The position numbers and the translations under genes were made by a program. A stretch of 20,000 bases of DNA from an uncultured virus (IMG/VR IMGVR_UViG_3300020207_000018) (taxonomy: Duplodnaviria > Heunggongvirae > Uroviricota > Caudoviricetes): the IMG/VR virus record IMGVR_UViG_3300020207_000018, positions 58,375 through 78,374 of that record. One strand, given 5' to 3'. Positions 9,839 to 17,527 of the stretch are shown here, piece after piece; position 1 is the first letter of the stretch, and the number at the start of each line of letters is the position of its first letter. The notes under the pieces are model-generated. The model made no database searches and was not told the DNA's origin. It was given only the letters and a program-made list of their open reading frames with translations.

Positions 9839-10321
9839 TTAGCTAACTGTTACTGTGCCTCTACCGCCAGATGCTAGATGGTACCATAACGAACCAATAC
9901 CAATTAAAACAACTGAAGTATCAGATTCTAATGAAACTGAATCAGTAGTTGTACCAGTATTCCAACCTGTTGCGTTAACGTTTAAGTCTTGAGCAACGTT
10001 GTCATCTTTTCTGACAATAATTTTAAGTTGACCTTCATGTGAAGGAGCATCTAAAGTCATAGAAACTGCTGTACCACCACCGTAACCAGTGAAGTCAACA
10101 ATTGATACTGCTTCTGATGCTTCAATCTCTGTTGAAGATTCATCCAATGTTTCAACATCGTTAAATGCTAAAAATGATGGAACATTATTGAATAACCTTT
10201 TTAAGGTCATGTTCTTGTTTATAGGTGTTCCTGAAGGATCGTCAACGATGTGAAGTAAATCACCTTCGTTAATTTGTGCTTCACCTATTAAACTAAGCGC
10301 TGTTATTTTTTTATCTGCCAT
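9839..10321 (-). CDS. Hypothetical small virion protein (MADKKITAL-type N-terminus, beta-rich C-terminal domain)
   Basis: 160-aa ORF with a strong SD (AGGAGGA, 10335-10329) and a stop 2 nt before the gp7 ATG. The N-terminus MADKKITALSL...DLLHIVDDPSGTPINKNMT resembles, from recall, N-termini of phage fibre/decoration proteins. Confidence 0.8.
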   Translation of the reverse strand: MADKKITALSLIGEAQINEGDLLHIVDDPSGTPINKNMTLKRLFNNVPSFLAFNDVETLDESSTEIEASEAVSIVDFTGYGGGTAVSMTLDAPSHEGQLKIIVRKDDNVAQDLNVNATGWNTGTTTDSVSLESDTSVVLIGIGSLWYHLASGGRGTVTVS

Positions 10322-10360
10322 TCTCTTTTCCTCCTATAATCCAATTGAATGGGAAACTAC

Positions 10361-10378
10361 TCACGGTAAATTCCGTGA
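10361..10378 (-). promoter_or_regulatory. Stem-loop in the gp6 / 160-aa ORF intergenic region
   Basis: TCACGG-TAAATT-CCGTGA gives a 6-bp GC-rich stem in an AT-rich background. It has no adjacent U-tract on the minus strand, so it is not a canonical terminator. Confidence 0.5.
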
Positions 10379-10392
10379 CCACTTTATGCATA

Positions 10393-12264
10393 TTAATAAT
10401 TTGTGTTGGATGTAGAAGTGTATCCTACACCAGCACTACTCTCACCACTTGCGATGGTGTCTACTTCGCCGTCTACGTTTATATCATCGACACTGATATC
10501 AATTAGAGAACCTCTAACTGCAACAACATCGTTGCTAGAAGGTAGAACTGTGAAGTCGATTGAGGTATCACTATTGGTTGTACCAGTGATAGTGATGGCA
10601 TCAATCGTAATCTTTCCTGTACCATAATCTATGGTACCTGCCTCGTAATCTTTTATAGTTCTAACACCAGAAGCTAAAACATATCTTCTGATCTTACCTG
10701 ATCCGTCATCATCAAAGAAATGATCGTTGACTGAATCGCCTTGTACTTTGAAACCAGATGATACTAAAATACCACCACCTGCTTTATTGTGTCCGTCATG
10801 AGGATGGTAGAAACCATTTCCAAATTTGATTTCTAATCCTTTTTGTTTGTTTAATTCTACCTTTTGAGATTTTCTCAATCTAATGTTTGTTGAGTTAGAT
10901 AGAATCGATCCCTCTGATTCATCAATTGCTTTGACTAATTTTGAATGTCTAAAGATTGAATCAAAGTTACTTAAATTTGTATTGTCGAAATTTACGATAG
11001 CAGCTCTAACTACTGATTTCATTTCTCCAATTGAGAGTTGAGTAGCACGTGAATCGTATTTAAATACAGTTGTTACCAGAATCTTAACAATGTCTGCATC
11101 AACAATTACTGGTTTAACTGTAACCATGTTTAATGCATTTAGTTTTTTGATAACATCTGCTTTTTCAAACTCAGACAAATAATCTGAGTTTTGTGGTTTA
11201 AGTGACAAGAAGACTTTACCATAATCAGGTGGATCGTTATCTTCACCACCCCAAACTGCAACTGCATCGGCGTTTGGATAGTATTCACTTACTTTTGCTT
11301 TATAGTCGTTCAATGTGACCAATCTGTTTTGTGATGTGTAGAATTTTGTTGCTTTAAATTTAATAGAATCTATTGATTCTTTTTCAGCACCACCTGTTGC
11401 TTCAGTTACAGTTGTAACAGTAGCACTTATAAAACCATTGATTGGTTGTGTAAGTGTAAATCTTTTGGCACCCTCAGCATGTTCTAAATCAACTACTACA
11501 TAAACTGCATTGATGATATCACCATCTAATAGTTGATTACCAAGAACACCATCACCAAAATAAAACTCTACAAATCCTTCTTCGTTTTCTTGTGTATAAA
11601 AAACTTTAGATGATGAAGATATCGTAGAAATACTTTTAGCATCTACATACGTTTCTTCAACACCGTTTGAAATAACAGTGACTACTAATTTACTTTTATC
11701 AACTCTTTCATTTGATAAAACAAACTTTGAGTTTTTAATTTGTGAATCAAAAACAAATTGATCTGTTACGTATTGACCTTGAACAAGTTCTATATTATTC
11801 CAATTGAAACTTTTATTTGATCTTGTAGGAGTGATTGATGATGTGCAAACAAAATTGTATGCTACATTGTCATAGATAGTTGTGAATTGTTGACCTCTTG
11901 ATAATGTCATATCGCTTGGTGTAGGGATTGTACCATCTGCGTTAACAACATTATCCATTTGCATATTGACATAAGCAGCTGATGCCTTCTCAGATGCAGG
12001 TACAAAACCTAAATCTTTAGCACGTGATACAACGTTCTTTCTCAGTTGTGCTGAATCTAAGAACATTTCTGAAGCTGCTATGTTTGTATTGATTGCACCG
12101 ATGTGAGATGCATATGCTAACATGTCAATAAGAACTGACATGGTCGAACCTTCGAAGTTATAGTCTTTGAATAACTCTTGTCCTTTTAAATATGATTTAA
12201 TATTACTTACGATATCATCAAAATCTTGATCTGTTGTATTAATTTGTGAACTCTTTACTGCCAT
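10393..12264 (-). CDS. gp6: Baseplate wedge subunit gp6
   Basis: DFDDIVSNIKSYLKGQELFKDYNFEGSTMSVLIDMLAY, EMFLDSAQLRKNVVSRAKDLGFVP, FYFGDGVLG, GGAEKESIDSIK...SQNRLVTLNDY, WGGEDNDPPDYGKVFLSLKP and GTIDYGTG are canonical gp6/baseplate-J motifs; 623 aa. Confidence 0.96.
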   Translation of the reverse strand: MAVKSSQINTTDQDFDDIVSNIKSYLKGQELFKDYNFEGSTMSVLIDMLAYASHIGAINTNIAASEMFLDSAQLRKNVVSRAKDLGFVPASEKASAAYVNMQMDNVVNADGTIPTPSDMTLSRGQQFTTIYDNVAYNFVCTSSITPTRSNKSFNWNNIELVQGQYVTDQFVFDSQIKNSKFVLSNERVDKSKLVVTVISNGVEETYVDAKSISTISSSSKVFYTQENEEGFVEFYFGDGVLGNQLLDGDIINAVYVVVDLEHAEGAKRFTLTQPINGFISATVTTVTEATGGAEKESIDSIKFKATKFYTSQNRLVTLNDYKAKVSEYYPNADAVAVWGGEDNDPPDYGKVFLSLKPQNSDYLSEFEKADVIKKLNALNMVTVKPVIVDADIVKILVTTVFKYDSRATQLSIGEMKSVVRAAIVNFDNTNLSNFDSIFRHSKLVKAIDESEGSILSNSTNIRLRKSQKVELNKQKGLEIKFGNGFYHPHDGHNKAGGGILVSSGFKVQGDSVNDHFFDDDGSGKIRRYVLASGVRTIKDYEAGTIDYGTGKITIDAITITGTTNSDTSIDFTVLPSSNDVVAVRGSLIDISVDDINVDGEVDTIASGESSAGVGYTSTSNTNY

Positions 12265-12683
12265 TACCTTACCCTACTTACGGTTAATTCTATGTTTTGT
12301 GCTCTTGATGCATTTCTGATTGTATAAAAAATTCTAACATTCATCTCATTAGTATCTTCATCATTCAATCCAATTTTAACGTTGTAGACTCTTGGTTCGT
12401 ACAACTCAATCATTTCTGCTAATCTTTTAGCAAATTTTTCTTTTGATCTCTCAGTACGCAACTCAAATAGTTGATCTCTAAGAGAGGCACCAAAGTTTGG
12501 TTTAAAAGGTCTTTCAAATTTATTTGTTAAGACTATGTTACGGACCGATCTTTTAATTGCATCTGTATCTTTTTTAGTCATTATATCACCAGTAATTGGG
12601 TGAGCAACAAAAAGAGCATCAAGATCAGAATATGATTCTTTTACTGCATTAACTTTGGCATTTGGTTTTAGATACTCGGTCAT
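12264..12683 (-). CDS. gp25: Baseplate wedge subunit gp25 (sheath initiator)
   Basis: YSDLD...HPITGDI...DAIKRSVRNIVLTNKFERPFKPNFGASLRDQLFE...IELYEPRV is the gp25/GPW family pattern; TAATG overlap with gp6. Confidence 0.95.
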   Translation of the reverse strand: MTEYLKPNAKVNAVKESYSDLDALFVAHPITGDIMTKKDTDAIKRSVRNIVLTNKFERPFKPNFGASLRDQLFELRTERSKEKFAKRLAEMIELYEPRVYNVKIGLNDEDTNEMNVRIFYTIRNASRAQNIELTVSRVR

Positions 12684-12688
12684 CTAAC

Positions 12689-12696
12689 TATTTATA
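12689..12696 (-). promoter_or_regulatory. T4-type late promoter upstream of gp25
   Basis: Perfect TATAAATA on the minus strand (plus strand TATTTATA, 12689-12696), 5 nt before the gp25 ATG. Confidence 0.85.
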
Positions 12697-12711
12697 CATT
12701 TCCTTTAGTGA

Positions 12712-14274
12712 TTATGTTGATACGATTGAAATTAATCCTCTATTTGGTGCTGTGTCGAAAATCACCAGTCTCAAAAGTGCATTTATTGAGTAATCTTCTG
12801 GTTCAACTATCTTGCCACTCACATATACTGAGAGATCGTTTACACTTACATCACTAGGTATACTAAATTCTGTTTGTCCTGAAGATGCAAATTCCTTATT
12901 AGTTGCTACTGCGTATACAGTCTTGCCTTCTCCAGCAGGACTATCAAGTGTGATAGATCCATCTTCATTTTCAGTAAAGTTTGATGTTCTCTGACCATCA
13001 ACTAAAACGTATTTGTTTCCACCTGTGCCTTCTGGTGTAAACGTAGTCTGCGACCCATTTGATTTTAACAATCCACCAGTCAATGCTAAAAGACTAGCAT
13101 CTTTGATTGTTTCTGGATGAATAGGTTTTGGTAAAGTCGCATTACTTATGTTAATTGCAAAAGGGAATCCTATTAGATTGAGTAAATCACAAAATGTAAA
13201 TGTTAAGAATTCAAAGATTTTTCCTAGACCGATTGCATCAAAGAACTTCTTCACAATCTTTACCCATTCCATTAATAACTTCTTCTGCCAATTTTGTTTG
13301 AAGTCTTCTAATGCTAGTTTGAACTCCATAATTTTCTCTTCTAAAGATGCAACATTCTCATCAATAAACCCACCAATAATACTTCTAACATTAAAACCGA
13401 AAAGACTAATATCTTCGATAGCACTTAATATGTCTGCATTAATTCTTGCTAACTCTTCTTCGAGTTTTTCTCTTGCTTCGCCTACTGCATTTTGGACTTT
13501 CTCTACTAACTTGTCTCTTTTTTCTCTTAGTTTTGCAATTGCTTTTTCAATCTCAGCACCCACATCTAAAGTAAACAATGCAATTAGATTAGGCAGTCCA
13601 AGTAAATCCCATATTTCATCGAACATGTCAATCAACTTACCAAAGATACTATGTAAACCGTTTGTTAGTAGTTCTTGTATTTTAGTTTTGATATACTGCC
13701 ATGTCATCTTTGCTTTCCACTCATTACATAATACACCAAAGTCTGCTTTGAATCCTTGAAACTCTTCGGCAACCTGTGCAAAGAACTTATCAACATCTTC
13801 TGCAATTTGAGTCTTGATTCTGAGTTGTTCTTCTTTAGTAAATATCTTTAGAAGATTGATTTCGATGCCAAGAACAGTTATATTAAAATCAAAAGGAATA
13901 AGTTTTGAGATAATTTCCATTATCTTCGTTGGAACATAGAGATGTAATTCCTGTAAGAGTTCAGTGATGGCATCTTTTGCTTCTTTTTGCCAATTACGAA
14001 TAGTGCCTTTTTGCCAATACGGAGATAGTATGTCTGCTATCTTTTCCATGAACTCAGAGATTTCATCTGATATTTTTTGTAATTCTTTTGCTACGTCTTC
14101 TGTTATCTCATCTTTCTTTTCCACTAAAAAAGATTTAATTTCACTTGGTATTTGTGCAATCTTATTGATTGCATTGAGTAACTCTTCTTTTGTAGGAAGA
14201 TTAAAGATATCACCTGGTGGGCATGGAAATGCCGAGGGGATTTGTGGTACATCATATGTTGGTGCTGTAGTCAT
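12712..14274 (-). CDS. Hypothetical protein: ~380-aa alpha-helical/amphipathic region plus two C-terminal 'G(S)QTxF' beta-modules
   Basis: 520-aa ORF translationally coupled to gp5 (TAATG at 14274). The N-terminal three quarters are L/I/K/E/F-rich and helical. The C-terminus has two ~60-aa repeats resembling a module in gp7. Confidence 0.85.
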   Translation of the reverse strand: MTTAPTYDVPQIPSAFPCPPGDIFNLPTKEELLNAINKIAQIPSEIKSFLVEKKDEITEDVAKELQKISDEISEFMEKIADILSPYWQKGTIRNWQKEAKDAITELLQELHLYVPTKIMEIISKLIPFDFNITVLGIEINLLKIFTKEEQLRIKTQIAEDVDKFFAQVAEEFQGFKADFGVLCNEWKAKMTWQYIKTKIQELLTNGLHSIFGKLIDMFDEIWDLLGLPNLIALFTLDVGAEIEKAIAKLREKRDKLVEKVQNAVGEAREKLEEELARINADILSAIEDISLFGFNVRSIIGGFIDENVASLEEKIMEFKLALEDFKQNWQKKLLMEWVKIVKKFFDAIGLGKIFEFLTFTFCDLLNLIGFPFAINISNATLPKPIHPETIKDASLLALTGGLLKSNGSQTTFTPEGTGGNKYVLVDGQRTSNFTENEDGSITLDSPAGEGKTVYAVATNKEFASSGQTEFSIPSDVSVNDLSVYVSGKIVEPEDYSINALLRLVIFDTAPNRGLISIVST

Positions 14275-15320
14275 TATGAATTAAGTTTAACAGTCTTACC
14301 ATTTATGTCAACGAGAGGTGCGGTGATAGTCGTTGATATACTTGATGAGATTTTCATTGCTTTATCTGAATGTATGTCTGCTTTTCCATCAATATCAATT
14401 TTAGCATCACCACCGATATCGATGGTAGCATCTCCTAAAATTTTAACATTACATTTACCGCCAATGTATACATTATCGTCTTTACATATGACCGTATAAT
14501 TATCGTTGACAACTCTATGTACTTCTGTTCCGTCTTTGTGTATCTCGTAGAAAGTACCTGATCTATGTGAGACTGCTAATCTCTCACCACCCACTGAGTC
14601 ATCCATTTCTATCATGTGACCTGATTCTGTGTGATGAACTTTATTAAAAGGATACAATGTCTTTGAACGATCTGGTTTAAAATCACCTAAATTTGGTAGA
14701 TCATCAAATTGAGTATAGATTGCACCGCCCTTAGCAAATCTGTTAAGATCGGATTCATTTTCATAATCTTTGAGAGGATAATATGGTCTTGTACCATCAA
14801 ACAATTCGCTATCAGATGATTCTTCTATTTTACTTCCTTTACCTTTGTAATCTATCTCTAATGCTTTTGGTAATCTTGGAGAATGTTCGATCTTTAATGT
14901 TAGTTCGTTGCCTCTTGACGGCAATTCTGGTGGGTTTAGACCGTCTAATGTACCAGAGTAATCTGTTCTTCTAGGATCATTGAAGCCTTTGTCGACTGAT
15001 CTATCTAACAATTCACCTGTGATAGTTTCTTTATAACCAGTCTGGTTAATACCCATGTTAACACCCATGACTACGAAGTCTTGCATGTCATCATCTCTAA
15101 ACATACCAAACACGGTAGAACCTTCGACTAATGAATGACCGTGACCAAAACCTGAAAATCCTATAGCAGTCGTTGGTAGAATAACTGTAGACCAAGGCAG
15201 ATCGGCAGAAGCTAATTGAGTTTTGTTATCCGTATGTACACTATGTACACGAACTCTAACACGACCTATCTGTAATGGGTCGTTTCTATCTTCAACTATG
15301 CCGTAAAAAAATCTAATCAT
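14274..15320 (-). CDS. gp5: Baseplate central spike gp5 (OB-fold plus short beta-helix; lysozyme domain absent)
   Basis: FFYGIVEDRNDPLQIGRVRVRVHSVHT...DLPWS...VEGSTVFGMFRD (gp5 OB fold), GFNDP, YPFNKVHHTESGHMIEMDDSVGGERLAVSHRSGTFYEIHKDG, then 8-residue repeats ending GKTVKLNS. Confidence 0.93.
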   Translation of the reverse strand: MIRFFYGIVEDRNDPLQIGRVRVRVHSVHTDNKTQLASADLPWSTVILPTTAIGFSGFGHGHSLVEGSTVFGMFRDDDMQDFVVMGVNMGINQTGYKETITGELLDRSVDKGFNDPRRTDYSGTLDGLNPPELPSRGNELTLKIEHSPRLPKALEIDYKGKGSKIEESSDSELFDGTRPYYPLKDYENESDLNRFAKGGAIYTQFDDLPNLGDFKPDRSKTLYPFNKVHHTESGHMIEMDDSVGGERLAVSHRSGTFYEIHKDGTEVHRVVNDNYTVICKDDNVYIGGKCNVKILGDATIDIGGDAKIDIDGKADIHSDKAMKISSSISTTITAPLVDINGKTVKLNS

Positions 15321-16797
15321 CGTTTATTGGTCCTTCATAGTTATCAAGTGCTTGGATATCTTCTATTTTGTTTTTGTAACTTTCAGGAACTACCATTAGA
15401 TTCATCATACCTCTATGTTGAGATGGTGTTACATTATGTACTATTTTAGTAATTAGATATCTGTTGTCATTTAAAATATTCTTATCGCCAGACACTTTAT
15501 GTTTAGGTAGAATTAGTGTTACAATCTGTCCTGCCATTATATCAGTTCTCATAGGTATAGTTACTGAAATGGCAAATTGAGATAAAAGATTCAACATAGC
15601 ATTTCTTTCTAAAATTGCATTGTCTCTGAATTCATTTCCAACTGGTTGTGTCTTTGCTGAATTTGTAGTATCGTCAATTAACTTAGCCTCGTCTGAGTAT
15701 GCATTTGTAGGATTTACTCTATACTCGATGTGACCACCTGACAAATATGTTTGATGTAATGGATAGTCAACAAAGATTTCTTGCGCTTCAGCTGTATCAC
15801 GTGAAACATCTGTACCTTCATGTGTTACTTCAAAATCGCCTGTACGTATCATTGCAAATCCTGAAAGATGAGAGTCTTTGTTTTTTTCAAAATTTTCTTT
15901 TAGATCAAAATAGTATTCAGCATCAAGTTTTCTGACAGGATCGTATGTTATTAATTTTGAAGAATATGCGCCGTCCTCTAAACCTCGAAATGTATTTCCG
16001 CTCTCTTGTGTATAAAAACTTAATATCTGAGTCGATAATCCTTCCGGACTTTCTGGTGCGTATTTTTCTTGGTCTATATCTGCGTTTCTAGGATAAAAAG
16101 TAAATGGTATCTCTTGTTCAAACTGACCATTTAACATCGAACCTAATGACATGAATTTAAAACCGCCATTTAGAGAACTGTATAAGAAACAACTATTTTT
16201 GTAAGGTCCTTTTATTTCAGGATCGGCATTGTCTACACAATAATTTATTGTTTTCATAATAGACCAATTTGTTGGAACTATTTGTTGTACACCTTTTGTT
16301 TTTTCCCACCATTCTATTTGATATTGTCTTGGTAGTTTTTCAAATTGAGCATCTTTGTTTAAAACCTTCAAAAGTATTTCAGACATTGAACCCCTCAACA
16401 CTCTATTGATTCTAACTTTTCTACACGTAAATAATTTTGGATCGACAAAATTTAATACATAAGTTTTAAGTTTTAAATCTACATCGTCTACATCTGATAC
16501 GCTGAAAACTCTAAAAGTTCTGTAGATAGAGTTCTCTTCTGTTGTGAATCCATCATCTGATACAACCGTTTTAACACGGTATTTGATAGTTAAACTTTCT
16601 TGACCTGTAATTTTATAATCTTCTAAAATTCCTAAACCATCTGCAACTGAAACACGACCAGAGAGAAAAGGACTATCGATAGATTCAAAGATGGTAATAT
16701 CAGTAACTAAATTTCTGATATCTACTGATTCTTGTTCTTGGTTGGTTAACATGACCATTTCGACAGTTAACTCACCTGGTAGGAAGTTTTGGCTCAT
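15313..16797 (-). CDS. Baseplate hub protein, gp27/gpD-like
   Basis: N-terminal ITIFESIDSPFLSGRVSVADGLGILEDYKITGQESLTIKY and C-terminal ISVTIPMRTDIMAGQIVTLILP...RYLITKIVHNVT (hub/VgrG-N-like ending). Lies between gp53 and gp5 and overlaps both. Confidence 0.7.
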   Translation of the reverse strand: MSQNFLPGELTVEMVMLTNQEQESVDIRNLVTDITIFESIDSPFLSGRVSVADGLGILEDYKITGQESLTIKYRVKTVVSDDGFTTEENSIYRTFRVFSVSDVDDVDLKLKTYVLNFVDPKLFTCRKVRINRVLRGSMSEILLKVLNKDAQFEKLPRQYQIEWWEKTKGVQQIVPTNWSIMKTINYCVDNADPEIKGPYKNSCFLYSSLNGGFKFMSLGSMLNGQFEQEIPFTFYPRNADIDQEKYAPESPEGLSTQILSFYTQESGNTFRGLEDGAYSSKLITYDPVRKLDAEYYFDLKENFEKNKDSHLSGFAMIRTGDFEVTHEGTDVSRDTAEAQEIFVDYPLHQTYLSGGHIEYRVNPTNAYSDEAKLIDDTTNSAKTQPVGNEFRDNAILERNAMLNLLSQFAISVTIPMRTDIMAGQIVTLILPKHKVSGDKNILNDNRYLITKIVHNVTPSQHRGMMNLMVVPESYKNKIEDIQALDNYEGPINDD

Positions 16798-17522
16798 GAT
16801 GACATTACTTGTTCAAATTTTTTGACTATTCCATTTATTAAACTTGGTTTTATAATTTTAATTGTTCTTTTTTCTTCGTTATGCTCATACTCGTGATCAT
16901 AGTTACTTACAGCAACGTAATCAGTTGTTGGTACATTTGTTCTTGTACCATCAGCTTTTTTATAATAGCTTGGAGCATCTCTATGATCAATTACACTCTT
17001 TGGTGTAAAACTAGCACCAGATATTTTACCTGTTAGCGTTTCAGTTGTAGTGAATCCTTTTCCATCCACTACGATTTGTTTTTTCTCAGGCATTAAATGT
17101 ATAATATTGCCTTTACCAGAAATACTGGTGACATCTTCACCTAGTAAAAACTTGGTGACTGCGCCAGTAGCTGCATTACGTGATACTATATCTGTAGAAC
17201 TATTGGCTGTTATAACTAGACCATTGTATTTTGTGTTTATATACTTTTCAAAAGTGGCGTTGTCTTTATGCCAGTCGTAATAGTTCTCAAAGTCATTGAC
17301 CAAGAAAAATGTCCAATGCAAGTCGCCACTGCCATACAGTTTAGTAGCTAAAATATCTGGTCTCTCACCATCAACTATTTCATATTTTGTATATTCAACA
17401 ATTGCGTTGACTGCTTCTTGTTCTATTTTACTTTTTCTAAAAAAGTCTTTTATACGAACAACCTTACCTGAGTCTAAGGTTACTTTGATTTCGGGAAAAT
17501 TTTTAAAGAATTGTTTTGCCAT
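16794..17522 (-). CDS. gp53: Baseplate wedge subunit gp53
   Basis: FFKNFPEI...KDFFRK...YEIVDGERPDILATKLYGSGDLHWTFFLVN (LysM-like gp53 core) and C-terminal VSNYDHEYEHNEEKRTIKIIKP. Confidence 0.93.
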   Translation of the reverse strand: MAKQFFKNFPEIKVTLDSGKVVRIKDFFRKSKIEQEAVNAIVEYTKYEIVDGERPDILATKLYGSGDLHWTFFLVNDFENYYDWHKDNATFEKYINTKYNGLVITANSSTDIVSRNAATGAVTKFLLGEDVTSISGKGNIIHLMPEKKQIVVDGKGFTTTETLTGKISGASFTPKSVIDHRDAPSYYKKADGTRTNVPTTDYVAVSNYDHEYEHNEEKRTIKIIKPSLINGIVKKFEQVMSS

Positions 17523-17527
17523 AATTA

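Noticed and set aside
10361..10378. Hairpin read as a rho-independent terminator
   Set aside because: No U-run follows the stem on the coding strand, and no new late promoter lies between it and the next gene. It is kept only as a possible regulatory structure.
6140..10627. Plus-strand ORFs 6140-6331, 7371-7562, 9022-9279, 9578-9838 and 10403-10627
   Set aside because: They are short and antisense to the well-supported gp7 and gp6 genes, with no recognisable motifs.
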